Source: Octopus vulgaris
Taxonomy: Eukaryota
NCBI GenBank assembly: GCA_951406725.2
Contig: OX597820.1
Location: 41,726,001-41,790,000 of the forward strand
DNA: 64,000 nucleotides
Reading direction: 5' to 3'
The translations under genes were made by a program, and so were the position numbers. Under the pieces are notes generated by a model. It was not told where the DNA came from. It ran no database searches and saw only the letters and a program-made list of their open reading frames with translations. Positions 41,590-57,902 of this stretch are shown piece after piece. Position 1 is the first letter of the stretch. Each line of letters starts with the position of its first letter.

Positions 41590-43769
41590 TATATAACTAT
41601 ATATATATATATATATACACATATATATATTTATACCTATATATATATATATATAACTATATATATATATATATATACACATATATATATTTATACCTAT
41701 ATATATATATATTCATATATAACATTTTTAGTAGAAGATAAAAAATTCGGTTGTCAATAATTTACATCCAAATAAGAATACATGTATACACTTTTCTCAT
41801 GTTCCTTCATTTTCGCGTTCCTTCATTTACATTTTATTTATTTTTTATTATTCTATATATATTTGAATTTTTGATATATACATGTGTTTATTGATCCTGA
41901 AAGTACATGAATGGAACAACGAATCCATCCAATCATGTCTTATAAATCACTGAAAGCATGATTTCGTTTATTTGGACGTAAATTACTGACAACCGAAATT
42001 CTTGTCTTCTACTAAAACTTTTGTTACACCTAAGCTCATAAGCGAGCACAAAAAACATTTGAACTATACATTGAAATTTCTTGTGAGTGTGTGTGTGTAT
42101 GTTTTATATTCTGATGAATTTTTCATTGTAAGAACTACAAAGTTAGAAAATTCTTAGTTTCAAATAATCATGTGTAGACTCTTTGTACGTGTTTATACTG
42201 TAGCAAGTAAGTTTTCACACTACATAACGTAGCCTATTAGTTCTTTCGTACTTTCTGAATACTTTGTTTTCATGCACTATGTAATAAATTCTACAAAGTG
42301 GAAATAAGACATGGTTTTCCTAGAGAAATTAGGAATGTGGTTAAAGTTACTGGTTATATATTTGAATTGAATCTAATGTATGGGATCATCTCGCTAAAAG
42401 CATAAATCTATACTAAAGAACCGTAAATCCGCTTACTCGGTCGATTTCTGTTTTACCTTTTCCCTCAAAATTGTTTGTACTATAGAGTTGTTTAATCCTC
42501 CAAAGCTTACATTGTTTATATGAAGTTGAAATGCGACCAAGAAAATACAAGGCCTGTTATTTCACCAGATATGATAATACCAAAATACAATTGGATCGTT
42601 TAATAAAACTTTAACAATCTTACATTGGGTCTTCTTAAATGAAATTAATCAAAATGAGAAAAGTGGTCAATATAGTTAATATTATTTTCTCTAAAGTGCA
42701 TTAATTATAATTTGTTCACAGTTACGCTTAATCAGTTTCGCCTGGTCTAATTGCAAACATTTTGACAATATATTATATCTTAGCTCATGCTGAAAGGGGA
42801 AAAAATTAAGTTCAGCAGTTCAGTATTGCTTCAGTAGCCACTGTGTTCTAACGAATTCAGAAAGAATTTTAACTTAATTTCACATTACCATATTGTAAGA
42901 GGTTACATCAGTTTTTGGTCACGTGATCTGAAAGGTCTTTTAGTTATGTCAGGAGAGACATTCAAACATAGCTACAGGCTTCAATTACCTGAGAAGTCCA
43001 CAGATTATAAGCGAGTAATACTCGCTTATATATATATATATATAAAAGAAAGAAAAAAGCAATCATCACATTTAGTAGGTGTTGTATATATTAATATTTA
43101 ACTAGGTTTGATTCGGCTTCAAGTGACTTAAAGTTTTACAGGCTTCTAACAGAAACCTAGCTCGTTCAGACTTAGACTACTGAATGGACGAACGCACGAA
43201 GTTCAACGTGGCTACTAGAAAAGAAGCTACTTTCAACGACAACAAATGCTTTAGAAAGGATTTCTTGCATCTCATGGTAGGACACGGTGCTGGTGGCGTC
43301 CTTTTTCTTAGTAGGAAGGCCGGTGAGTGTGTATTTGTGAGTATACCTGATGTATGGATGCATAGACGTGGGTGTGTGATTAATTGTATGAGTATGTGTA
43401 TATTTGTGTGTAAATGTATGTGTATGTGTGCGTGGGAGTAATTACGTGTGTGTTAGTGTCTGCCATATTAGCGTGCGGCCGCGAACTTGTACGTATGTGT
43501 GTGTATGCCTAAATATGTGCATTCTTACATCTGTGTAGAATCGTATGAATGCGTTCGTGCTTATCTTAAAGACCATATATCCCTCCAGATGTGTGTTTCT
43601 GTCAGGTGTGTTCCTGTGTGCGTACATATACACATTCATACTGTTAGTAAATATGCATGCAGGTGTGACAAATCTATGCGAGCGTAACTGCCGTGGTGGG
43701 GTGGTAAACAGGCAACAACAATAATAATAATAATAATAATGATAATAGTGATAGTAGTAGTTGCAGTAA

Positions 43770-43923
<154 letters not shown>

Positions 43924-44178
43924 AATATCCTGGTACAGCACCAAGCAGTGGCTCTCCCGTCTTCTGATCTTAACTGATTGGAAGTGTTATCATGTACATT
44001 GCTTTGTATTGGTATAAAAGATGGGCTACAGCAAATATTGTGCGCAATACCACTTGTCAGTTGCTTCACCTTAACCAGTTAAGCATGTCCCATAGTGGCT
44101 AACGATATGTGCATCTCTAATCACGAGCAGAAGCAGTGGGGGTGCATTATAGCCATGTGTTGGGTGGAATTCTTTGGG
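43924..44178. repeat. Probable interspersed repeat (third SINE-like family)
   Basis: Sharp-bounded higher-complexity block next to a microsatellite; single copy here, recognised only from memory of cephalopod repeats. Confidence 0.35.
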
Positions 44179-44179
44179 A

Positions 44180-44292
44180 TAAATATCCCCCAAGATTTGA
44201 ACTTGTTTAGTGCAGCTCCAGAAAACACTATTAGGGACAACTAGAACAGTTAGGAGATGACTTTGCATGTAAGGTTACTAGGTATTATTCTT
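44180..44292 (+). mobile_element. Degraded RLE-type LINE extreme 3' end
   Basis: Reads LVQLQKTLLGTTRTVRR*LCM*, similar to LQKxxLLGTAxIxRxxL. Confidence 0.5.
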
Positions 44293-47200
44293 TTCCTATT
44301 GTCCAATCTGTTATGCGTATATGAAAAAATAATGTTAGTTATGACATATATGTGTGTATGTGTGTGATGTATGTGTGTATGTATATCATACAGGTAAAAT
44401 AAATTCACATACATACATATATACGTATATATATATATATATATATATATACATGAGTTAATTGATGGAGTAGACAAGATCCGAGAATATATATATATAT
44501 ATTAGAAACAAGTGAATAGGCTAGAGGGTGCCTATATCTTCTTGCGACTAAATAGGCATGGAAGACAATTAGCGAAAGGATGGCACATTATACAACGCTG
44601 TCTTTGCTCATGAAAGACTGCCGACCTGTATTGTTTCTCTAAGATGCATACATTCATTCTATAATGCTTTCAATATGCCTTTAATAATGTTGTTAGCATT
44701 ACCCTCGTAAAAGGCTACGTATTTCCTTTATGTGTATCTGGCGCATATATATATATATATATATATGAAGTTTCCACTTTTGTGCACTAACTGCCATTTA
44801 ATAACTGATTTGTGTTTAGCCCCATATCATCCCTGATCTCACAAAGCGATGATCAAACACGTGAATATTCCGTTCTTGTATCTTTTTTGCTTGCCAAATG
44901 TGCCCCTGCTAGTCTTTCTTCTGATAGATTGATATAGTCAGCAAGTATATTGCTAACGGTTGCAATGCTCGGTAATTACCAACGTTTATAATGAGTACAT
45001 TATACCTAATCGGTGTGCTTGTAGCTTTTGGATGTTGTGCCGAACATTTAAAGTTTCGTGAATGAGTAATGTCATGGTATCGATATTCATAACATCACTT
45101 GGTTTTGATCTTCGTGTTGCTAATAAATATGATGACATTAACGCCGTTGCTAATGAAGTTGATGATCTCAGCATGATAGCTAATCGATATAGAAGGAAGA
45201 CTTTTTACACTTACTCTTTGTGTCACCGCCAATTCTTGCATATTTTTGTGTTATTGTGGATGTCGCTCATAGCATATTTTTTCTTCATGGTAATGAGATT
45301 GGTGACATAACCAGTGTTATAATCGACTTTTTTTTGATAACACCACAGTCACAAATGAAGATAGTGATATCTCTGTTTCACAAATTGATTAACATGGCCA
45401 TAACACTGTTACTAATACAGCTTGTGTGACTGATATTACACATGCTGCTCACAGAATAGATCATCAAGCATGCAAGAGATGTTTATAGATTCACTTATTT
45501 TGATGAAATTGATAAGCAATACCGTAGCCGCTCTAAATTTCGAAAAGGTTTTACAGCTACTTTCTACTTCAGATAGAAATAGGAAATTGCATTTTGTACT
45601 CTTTGAAGTAAAATTTCATGTATTCATTAGAGAATGAATCTGTTATAGAAACGAGAAACGCAGAATATACGTATGTATGTATGTATGTATGTATGTATGT
45701 ATGTATGTATGTATGTATGTATGTATGTATGTATGTATGTATGTATGTATGTATGTATCTGTGCATATGTATGTATATATGTGTATATGTGCATATATAT
45801 GTATATATATATACATACATATATATCTGTTTGTGTGTATGTACGTATATAGTACGAAAGTAACGGTCATACTCATTATGTTTTTGATTTCCACCATCAT
45901 GTTCATATATATGTATATGTGCGTATGCGCATATATAAGTACACGCACACATATTTATATATGCGCGCGCGCGCGTGTGTGTATGATTAATGATATACAT
46001 CCGTATACAAACGCATGCGCGGACATTTTGTATGGGAAATTATCTACAAATGATTTCATCCCTACGCATTCAAATACGTACACGTTTACAGACACACTCA
46101 CATATATTCATTCTTAAATGCATACATATCCATATCAATTTACGCGAGTGCGTACTTGTGTGTTTGTGTGTGCGTATGCATAAATATCACCAGTAGTTAC
46201 ACCCGCGCTTGGTGCACCCACGTACTCAAATAAAAAAATACAGACATAATCAATATACTTCGCTTGGCCAAATTTGATTATTTTTATTTTTTGTATTTTA
46301 TCGGTTTTCACTCTGTGTATGTTACTTTATTTTTTTTTCTTTCAGTATGCTTTTATGGAAATGTTTTTGTTCTCCATACATACATATATGCAGGCATGCA
46401 TAAATACATACAAACATACATACATGCATGTATACATACATAAATACATGCATACATACACACATACATACATACATACATACATACATACATACATACA
46501 TACATACATACATACATACACAGACGCAGACACACACACATATATTATGTTATATTATACTATACTATGTTATATATTTTTGCTTATTCCTTTTATATTT
46601 TGTGCACACCACCCGCTGTCATCATCATCTGCTCTCAGAGTTAATGATCTGATATTGTCGTATTAATTTTAGTATTTTTTTCTTTTTCACTTAACAGCAG
46701 GGTGATGGATTAAATGAAGAACTATATAGATTTAACTTTTTACCGAAAGCTCTAAATATCACCATGTAACCATGGAAGATATTTCTCATGGTTGCTAAAG
46801 CTTCTTTCTTTTTAATTGTTATTATTGTAACTAATGCCGGGCACATGACTCCACTCCCGTGGTATTTTTGATGTTGTTGCTGCTTGTTAATTTTTTTTTA
46901 TTCGTTATAGTTGTCAAAAATAAAAATAGTTGGATGGAGAGGCGCTGATCATATGCTATGCAAATTTATGACTAGAAAAAAAAAAAACGGCATTCGCCTG
47001 GTTAGTTGATTGGTTGACAGATATGAGGCATGGAATGGTTGACAGGAATTTACCTCAGATGTTTAGCCTACACGTAAATTGATCAAAACAGATCTATGTT
47101 CGTGTTGTATGTATTTAGTAACATCTTTATAATACGCACACACATAGGTGACACACACACACACACACACAGAGGTAAAACACGCGCATACACACACACA

Positions 47201-47686
47201 CACACACGTGACACACAATGTGAGAAGGTTGATTCTTTGAATTATAGGTACCACTCGATTTTGCCTGGTGAATGGCATGGAGTAACGTTAAAATTGTGTT
47301 GCTCAATGACACAAAGTGATCCAAATACTCTACCTCCTACGCCGCGCGCCTACCCCGGCCCGCGCACACATGTATACTGAGTAGGTGAAAGCTAAATCAG
47401 CTTAGTATAGATTAAACAGAGTAGTGTTCAAAGGATGGAAACTTAAAACTCCAATTTCATCTAGCGCCAGGGCCGCTGCGTCAGAAATAAACTATAAGAA
47501 ATAATACCATTGATCTGTTATGGGGGTAGTAACAAAGATACATACCAATAACTTTGAAATGGAGTACAAAATACAGATTACAGAATAAAGAAAAGAATAG
47601 AACAGAAGAATTTGTACAGTCTTATCTCTGTGTGTCATGCTGTAAGTTCTGATGAAATGTAGTATCTATCTATCTATCTATCTATA

Positions 47687-47758
<72 letters not shown>

Positions 47759-49443
47759 AATCTATCGATCTATCTAGCTATCTGTCTGTCTGACTGTTTG
47801 TCCATCCGTCTGTCTGTCTATCTATATCTATCTATCTATGTATGTATCGATCGATCTATCTTTCTACTTACCTACATACCTACCTACCTACCTACCTACC
47901 TACCTATATACATACATACATACTTTACCTTCCTACTTATCTACATATCTATCTATCACCTGTCAGTCTTTCTGTATATCTGCCTATGTATCTACCTGTC
48001 AATCTACATATCTATTTATGTGGCTATCCAAATATATATGTATCTGTGTATATGATAATAGTATTTCAAAGACCTTGTAAATGTATGAAGACCTCAATTT
48101 GCAGAGTACATTTAGTCATTTGTATCAACCTCAGTATTTGACTGGTGTTTTATTTTATCCTCTCCATTAATTAGTTGCGTATCACACTTCACAAATGACG
48201 AAAAGCGGGTATAAATTTATGAACAGTACCAGTTATGGAGCTGAAATCATTCGGCCGGATTCCGAAAGATCCAATTATTCACAAGAATAAGATTGGAAAT
48301 ACTCACGCACAACATTACATGAAGACCGGTTCTCTGACAATTCGATAGTCCACCGGCCGTCCTGGACTACTTTTATACTTACTGACCACGATGAGCAGCA
48401 AATCTGATCTCAGAAATATTTGAGCTTAAAGAGCATAAAACAGCAAATGCTAATAAACTGTTTTAAATATCTATATATCTGTTCGTTTGATCGTGAGAAC
48501 TTATTCCTGCATATACAGAGAGAAGGAATCAATACTCCCAGTTTACCGTTATATAGTCTTTATTTTCTGACACATTTACAGAAATATTTCTCTTTCTGTT
48601 TCAAGTGAAACAGATCACAAACACCATGGAAAGCAGGAGACGAAACAATAGATGCGTGCCTGTGTGTTTGTGCGCGTGTGTGTGTATATATCTGTGCGTA
48701 TGTGTGAGTGTTTATGTATGAGTGCACATTTACTCCCCACACACACACGCATGCATATACATGTTCTGGCAAAACAATTTGTGAAAGTATCGTGACAAGA
48801 ACTTTTTATATGTGAGATGTCGTAATTTATACTTATTAGAAGGTGGAGGCTTCCCTAACTGTTTCTCCAATTTTTGTTGTCCCTATCTCGGAACGGTAGG
48901 AAACGTTGAAACATAAATAGCCAGCGAATATATCATTCCATTGGATAATTAAATGCAAAAATAACTTTTCGAAAAAAAAAATGCAAAAGAAAATTTTCAG
49001 AAAAATTATTTTGATAAAGAAAGGTAAATATTTGAGTTCTATATGGGAATGCTTTGATCATGGATTTTCGATGGAAGAGCGAAGATATGAGACGAAATCG
49101 ATAATTGGTATATGAATTGATCTTGCATTTTAATGAATAAAGACTGAAAATTAATATAGAGTATGAAAGATTGAAAAAAATGTTGGGGAGAATTTTTGAG
49201 GAAAATTTGTCGCAAAAACAGACAATAAAAGAAGGAACCAATACCTACAGCACACGAAAGAGGAAGATAATCGCACAGATATCATATGAATGTCACAAAA
49301 GAATTTTAAAAAATCAACTGCCTGATGTCGTATACATGCGCGTGCACGCACACGCACGCACACGTACAGCTAGTAACATACATCATAATACACATCTTTA
49401 AACATCGTAATTCATACGAGTGGTTTATTTGTCTCTACTTCTC

Positions 49444-49484
<41 letters not shown>

Positions 49485-52400
49485 GTGCCTGTATATATTT
49501 TAAACTGGTCATTGAGTAACTGCAACAACAGGGAGGTGAGTATCTGGCACTCCTACGGGCACTTCGACGTCTTTTGTCTAACTCTGAGGAGGTATATTCT
49601 TTCGTCTAGCACTGAAGTATAATGGGATTTAACACAGTATGTCCATAGAATGATCTTTTCTGACTACTGCAGTCTTTGGCTTGTCAGTGATACACATACG
49701 TTAAATATGTCATGCAGATGATGATTTTAATCTAGTGTTGTATCTATTGCATTATTTAATATATGCATGTATGTACGTACGTACGTATGTATGTATGTAT
49801 GTATGTATGTATGTATGTATGTATGTATGTATGTATGTATGTATGTATGTATGTATGCATGTATGTATGTATGTATGTATGTATTCATGTATGTATTAAT
49901 ATATGTATGTATGCGTTACAGAAAGAGAGAGTGTAGGAGTGAGAGAGAAGTATGAGCTTGTATAGATCCATGAGATGGAAAGAAAATAAAAAATATGGCA
50001 GAATCTTCATCAGGTTTGCGGTTTTCTCAAGGTTATGCCATTTTCCAAAAATAATAACAAATTTCGATGCTTATTTGGGCAAGAATTTTACAATAGGAAA
50101 TATGTCTATTGAACGGAACTGAACTAAAAATTAACGACGCAGATGAGATATCCATTAATTGTCAAAACTATTGCTGTTTATAACTGCAAGTTGTACCTAT
50201 TTATAGTCAGATGCATTATGCTGGAATATCAAAATGCCCTGGGTACGGGGGATAAACCAAGTATCTTGTGTATGAGACTGATACACAGTGAGTCTAGCCT
50301 GGTTTTCAATTCCTGATTACTTTGAACTTGTTATTTGTAAAATCTGAGAACAATAACATTTAAACAATATCTGCCATTTCAAAGTGATACATGCATATTT
50401 TATAGGTGTTTGGAAATTGCTAAAGTTAATGATTTCATGAGCTATAAATTTATTATTTTACCGTCGTTTGCATTTTTCAGATTTTTATATCCCCAAGTGG
50501 TTCATTTTATATGTTTCGACTCAGTGTAATTGTTATAATAAAGCGGTTATTCGGTCATATTCTACTAGAGTATTAAGTTGCTGAATATATAGAACAGCTA
50601 TAACGTTATAAAATTTTCCTACATTGTTTGTCTCCAGATCTTTACGTTATAATCTCATATCCTACCGAAGTCACCCTTAGATTCTATCATTGCGGGTTCG
50701 GTGAAATATAGTAATGATACCGAAGTCAATTTCGCAGACTTAACTAAAAATTACTAACTACAAAGTTAGAAATCGTTATTGTATTTTCGAGTTAGCTTCT
50801 TAGACCAAGCTGCATTTTCGTAAGACAGTGGTCCATCTTTCTAATAAACAAAGGAAAATGTTTTACTATGTTTCACATTTGAAGGTACTGTATAGTAGTC
50901 AAGAGTTCAATCTACATAGGAAATTCCGTACTATGAAGTAAATTTACTTCACGTACTTATAAAATAACATCGGAAAAAATGCGAAAGTTACATGCTATCA
51001 GTTTCCAATTATAGCCTCAGATTCGATACTTAAGTTGTAAATTATTCTATTCGAAACAGAAGTTAAATTTCCACTCAGTTAAAATGGCCAACCAGTTAAA
51101 ATTTTCAATTGGTACTCTGTAATATCGAGTTTATACTTAATGTCGAGAAGAGGGCTTAAATTGCGACTTCATATTTTACACGAAGACAGTGAAATGGAGA
51201 GAAAGAGCGAAAGGGAGAGAGAGATTGAGAAAAAGAAAGAGAGAATGAGAAAAGAGAGAGAGAAAGAGAGAGAATGAGAACAGAGAGAGAGAAAGAGAGA
51301 GAAGAAAGAGAGCGGAGAGGAGATAGAGAGGGGATAGGGGAGAGAGGGAATAGGAGAGAGAGAGGGGATAGGAGAGAGAAAGGGGAGAGGAGAGAGAGGG
51401 TGGAGAGAGAGAGAGATTTCAATGTGATATACTGAATTAATTCCCGAAAATGTATAGAGAGCTCCCGTGGAAGATATCGCTGAAGGATAAATGCGCGCAC
51501 AAGTACTCACACTCACACGCACGCACACACACACACACACACGCGCGCGCTGAAACAACACTCATATGCACATACTCACACAGTGTTACACACACGCGCT
51601 AACAGCCGAGTGAGACCTACACAGACGGGGCTGGGATGAAATGAGCATACAATCAACTCGAGATCCGATGCCGGCAGATAACAAATCACTCTAAATTAAA
51701 TATATCCTCATTAAAATGTAACATTAATTTAGGCAAATGTGCTGTAGATGAGAATTCTTTCCCCTACTTCCTTTATCACACTGTAACCGGCTATTCCTGT
51801 CTGTGATTCTTTCTAATTTCTTTCGCTTTTTCCTACGTTTCCTCTATATATTCCTCTCGAACGTTTTGGAAAAAGAAAGCAAATAATATTCAGAACGTCA
51901 GGTGTTGAGGAAGGTGAGGGTAGCGACTTTTGACAAAAAAATGGAACTTCAACCAGCAAGGAGTACAAAATCGACAACCTTATAAAAACTCAGCAGCAAT
52001 AACCGATGCAGAAAATTATGGTATCAAAAATACTTAAGATAAACTAATTTGGTCAGCCGAGTTACGGTTAATTGTCTCCTTTAACCAGTTCGTTACAAAC
52101 GAAAAAAAAAACTAAAAAAAAAACAACAACAACAAGCGAGTTTTAGCATGAGCAAACCTTTCCTCCGATCCTTTTCAGATGAATAAAATATATAATATTC
52201 AAGATAACCCAACCTTCTATTGACATCTCTATAAAAGAATAGGCGGAGAAAAGTATTAAATCTATTGCTGCTATTTTAAAGATTGAGTTCAATATATTTT
52301 AAGCTATTCGATGTTAATTCTGGAGCTGCCCTGATAGGTTTGCTGAAGAAAATACAATATTATTAAGGAGTCATTATTCAGTTCTTTGAAGAACTATACT

Positions 52401-52706
52401 TCTCAGTAAAAGACTAGACAGCAGGACACCTCCATACTAGAAAGCATTACTGACTGGAATCATTATCAATAATTCAAATTTTTTCATATATATTATCTTC
52501 TAATCGAAGGAATTTTGTAATTGACGTATCTATTTATGTATGTATATATGTATGTATGTATCTGTCTGTCTGTCTGTCTGTCTCTCTGTCTCTCTGTCTC
52601 TCTGTCTCTATGTATCTATGTCTGTATATCTATATGCCTGTCTGTCTATGTATATATATATGTATATATTACATATATATACATATATATATATATTATA
52701 TATATA

Positions 52707-52747
<41 letters not shown>

Positions 52748-52781
52748 CATATAAATATATATCAGAGTGAGAGATAAAAAG

Positions 52782-52906
<125 letters not shown>

Positions 52907-54018
52907 TAGATATATTGATATACACACATAATTGTAATAAATTCTCCGACTTTATTCGGATCATAAGTAAATTAAGTTCAATGTCCTTAAATTGGAAATT
53001 CTTCAAGATTTATATCCTTTCACCGCGTATTTTTATTTTTTTTTTTGCTTCTTCTTAAAAGTTATAAGTTGTTTTGATGACCCGGTAAAGATGCATTACT
53101 TGATAATATACATGTTCCTAAATTTCGAATTGGTTATAAGTTTTCGATTAGCTCATTCATTGTGACGGTAGAAGGAAATTATCCGAAAGTTTCTTTTCAA
53201 TAACACTAAGCAGGGCTGTGACCGAAACACTCTGCAGTATTTAAATATTCTATGCTGTTTCTACTTTCTTGGCAAATGAGTTCCTTAGAGAATTTGAACT
53301 ACTTCATCAATTTGACGAATAAGAGTTCTTTGAATGCTTCATTGTCGTATAAAATGTACCACAAGGGATTTAGTTGATAATTGTCGTTTTGAAATTTGGA
53401 GTACAACTATTTCTCCTGAAATTCTGTTTATGAACTACATTATGATTCATCTTTCAATGAATTTTAGATAAACCTCGAGAAATTATCGAGAGAGATATCC
53501 GTGTGAAGACATAGTTTTGTTTAGACTTGACACCGGTTTATGCTGTTGTAGAATTGAATTCCATCCAAATGGTTATCATCTCCCGCACAGAAAATATCTA
53601 GCCGTTCATACAACATTAATGACTTTGAGCAGGTATTACCTGGAAGCAAATTCCTAATGTTTGATATTCTAGATAACTCTGTGGACCTAGGGGTTGAGTT
53701 GGGCCTCTCGATTACAGAAATATGTATATCCAGCCAATGACTGCTATATGTTTTAAACAAACCAATACTGATACACATTTGAACTGGTTATCTGGCAGTC
53801 AAGTAGATTGGTACACGCAGCCAGAATAACTGGGCAGTGGGATGTAAAACTACTGAAAAATTGATAGATAATTATATTGGTAAGTTGATGTGCTGAAAAC
53901 ATGAATATTTAAATGAAGGTGTGCAATCATCTATATAAGCTACTAAATAAATTTAAAGAAATATTTGCATTTAAGTATGTATGTGTAATATATATAAATA
54001 TATACATAAATATATATT

Positions 54019-54053
<35 letters not shown>

Positions 54054-55199
54054 GGAAAGATAGATATGCTTCCATATATATTACAATAACAATACATTCT
54101 TTTTCGTATTTGAATTACGAGAAAATGGGGACGCGGGAATATTGTCGACAATAGAAAAAGTACAAGCAAAAAAAAAAAAATAATAATAATAAAAAGAAAA
54201 GGAGAAAGAAAATGACACGAAGAAAAAGAAGAAAGAAGTTGATGAGGAGGAAAAGGAGATCAACAACAACAACAACAATGTCAATAGCTATGGCAATACC
54301 ATTAACAGCAATAACGACAATCAACCAATGGAAACTTTTTGATGTATGTTTATTTACTTCGTTTTCTTTCCTTTTCACAATGTTGATATATATTGATTCT
54401 TACTGTATTTTCAACACAATTATCACTTTTTTCTAAGCCTACGAGGATTTGCTGTCGCTACTGATGTTGTTTTTGCTCTTGATTCTGTAATTGTTGTTGT
54501 TGCATCTGCTGTTGTTACAGTCGTTATTACTTCTACTGAATTGGCTTTGCTTTTTGTGTTTATTATGCTACTGTATTTCTCTTTTAGGTTCTGGTGCTGC
54601 TGTTCTGATGACAAATGGTATTGGTGTTTCTGGATTGTATATAGTTGTTACTCTGGTTCTTCGTATTTTATTCTTTATCACTCTTGTTCTCATTATTCTT
54701 GGTGATGTTTCATTTTTTTCCATAGTAATTTCTGCCTTTTTGTTTCATTTGTACCAATAGAAGTGATTTTAGAAAAGTTAAATGAACAGGCTGAAACTTG
54801 CATAATTAAACACATCCACAGATTTTTGTACAGTGACACAAATACGTTGACCTATACCTAGTGAAAAACAGACATAATTTTATGCAAACAGATAGGTGCA
54901 CACAATATGACAAAATTAAATGCATGTCCTACGTATGGCATCAAATTATAAAATGCATTTTGAATTAATCGTTGTAGATGCCATTAACTGAATGCAAAGA
55001 TTAGGTAATCTACTGCTTAGCTGGATGGCTAGTAAAAACTAAATAAGAGTAAACGTACACAAAAACTGTAGATCATCCAGTAAGAACGGATGACGGCAAG
55101 GAATTATACTCTACGCAGCCAGATAGAATTTTTAAAAAAATTAAAGGAACTCGAAAATCAACACATCGTAATTTGACTGTTTTGCTATATGACAATTGT

Positions 55200-55395
55200 T
55201 TCAAGTTTTGGGACATGGCCAACAAATTTTTAGGGAGGATTAAGTAGATAACATCGCTCCCAGTGCTCGACTGGTGCATATTTTATTGACGACGGGAGGA
55301 TGAAAGGCAAAGACGATCTCGGTCGAATTTAAACTCAAAACAGAACATAGACAAAATGCCGCTAAGTATTTCGCCCTGTCAGAGGCTCGCCACTT
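55200..55395 (-). mobile_element. SINE family B
   Basis: cccagtgctcgactggt..ggatgaaaggcaaagacgatctcggtcgaattt..gccgctaagtatttcgcc. Confidence 0.75.
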
Positions 55396-56110
55396 TTATT
55401 TTGCTATAAAATATTAAATGAATAAAAAGAAAGTTAAACCTCGTACATCGGCTATCTTTAAAATTACAGCAGAGACATTCTAACAGTCAATCGACAATAC
55501 AAAATTAATAAAAACTGTCTCTAAAACAATTTGAAATTTGATTTCTTGAATGGGAGCAAGAAGGTGAGTAGAGTACATTCATATTTAAAACATAAATATT
55601 TTGTACGCGTGCATATATTGGCATGGAAGCGTACGCAATATTTTATGAGCCCAATTTGGAATATTTTGTAGACACACGCTTACAAGGAACGAACATTTAT
55701 CTGATGTATTATTTTATTATAATTACCTTTGTAACTATTTATATAAGCAAGCATGCATGCAAGCATACCCACGCCAACACATGCATACATACATGAATGA
55801 CTTCAATTATATACGGATGCGCATTTGTGCGAGTATCTGTATGTGTTATGTGCAGAAAATTTTTCAATCGAGAACAACATATTACTGGTTTGCCTTTAGT
55901 TCCATTTGAAAATAAACAAATGGCGGTGTTTAGACTGGTAATTCAAACTATGTTATAAAACTACCTTTATCTGTCCTTCCACCTTTTCCTTTTCTACTTT
56001 CTTGTGCCTTGTGTTTATCTTTCTCTCTCCCTCTCTCTCTCTTACTACTTTTGTCCAAACACAGACATACATGCTTAAATCTTTCTCTACACGCACATAT
56101 ATGTGTGCGG

Positions 56111-56158
<48 letters not shown>

Positions 56159-56810
56159 CTGCATCTGTCTGTCTGTTTCTGTTTGAGCACTAGTCCATGT
56201 GTATGCAAGTGTTGCTTATACCGTGTGCGCGTATGTTGTGTGTGTTTGTGTATTTTTGTAATGATAACTATGTGGGCAGATTGTATTACTCCGAAATACA
56301 CACACGCACGTATACATCTATTCATGTGTGTGTGTGTATATATATATATATATACACAAACATACTATACATACATATATATACATGTATATAATATATA
56401 CGCAAACACACACACACGCTCACACACACACACACGTTCACACACACACACACTCACATACGCACATATGCACACATATATTTATTCACATACATATATA
56501 AACATACAAACAAATATGAACACACACAGACGTTCAGTCGTGTCACGTGCCAAAGTGTACACGGGCGGCCATTTTATGTAGTGTAAAAATGATCTCTGAA
56601 GCAGATGCTATCAAAGTTATTATTAGTTCCACACATTTCAATCAGTTTATATTCTGAAGTGCTTCTTTCAGAACACAAGTTTTCCTCTTTTGCATTCTTT
56701 CTCTCTCGACAAGTTGTGTAATATTGTTTTGCGTTCTTTGGATCAATTTTCTCAGCAACGCTTATCTCAGAATAGCGTGTCAAGTGTATTTCCATGATCC
56801 CCCCGTCTCC

Positions 56811-56843
<33 letters not shown>

Positions 56844-57244
56844 CTACACTTTATCTCTCTCTTTCTCTCTAATTCACTCTTTCAAACCCTCCTGTCTATA
56901 TCTCTCTCCTTCTATATATGTGTGTGTGTATGTGTGTGTGTGTGTCCTCTGTGTATACATAACACCATAACATAGACATTCCCCTCTTATTCCACAATCA
57001 TTTCAAAACTACTGATTAAACTATGGCCGTCATGAAGATAATAACACTAATACCACTAACGATTGTAATGATAAGGATGATGATATTGAGCGCAACAATG
57101 GATATCAAAACCAATGAGAATTCTACTACTACCGGTGATGGTGTTGGTACTGGCGCTGGTTCGGCAGCAGCTGCTGCTGCTACTACTACTACTACTACAA
57201 ATAATAACAATGATAATAGTATTGATAATACGATAATAATTATT

Positions 57245-57450
57245 TCAGTCTATGCGCAAGGCCTGAAATTGGGAAAGACAGGGCTCATCGTTTACATCGC
57301 TTCTCGTGCTAGGCTGTAACTTATTTAACCAATCGAGAAAGAATTCAAGGCAAAGTCAACCTCAGAGATATCCGAATTCAGAACATAATGACAGACGAAA
57401 TAACAACAAGCATTTTGCTTGGCATCCTAACAATTATACCAGCTAACTGC
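57245..57450 (-). mobile_element. SINE family B, degraded
   Basis: gcgcaaggcctgaaatt..aaggcaaagtcaacctc..cagaacataatgacagacgaaata. Confidence 0.7.
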
Positions 57451-57507
57451 TTTAAAAACAATTATTTCTACTATAAGCAATTAATAACAATAACAATAAT
57501 GATGATG

Positions 57508-57592
<85 letters not shown>

Positions 57593-57602
57593 TAATAATA
57601 AT

Positions 57603-57902
57603 AGCTGATCGCTACCTAACTCAGATACCAGGAAACCCCAAAATGGCAGAAATTCAAAAGATAGTGCTCGTGGGAACTGCTCATATCCTACGCAAAATAC
57701 TTTCTATGCAATCTCAAGTTTTAAAACAAACATAATTTTCGATTTTCTTTTTTGACATTCACTAGTACAACACAAAATACAAAACCAAATATATGGCACA
57801 CTAGGCATAACAACATCACGAACTTCCAGTCTGTTGTCTCTTGAGGTCTCTGGGTGAGACTTGGAGCCAACTTGTACAAATATAAAGCAAAAGTCAAACA
57901 TA

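Noticed and set aside
53140-53870. Possible Penelope GIY-YIG ghost and hammerhead-like ccgaaac motif
   Set aside because: Only scattered residues (QFKC, HKP) and no complete ribozyme core or stems.
56574-56795. 73-aa non-repetitive ORF as a host exon
   Set aside because: No recognisable domain or partner exons; the length is compatible with chance.
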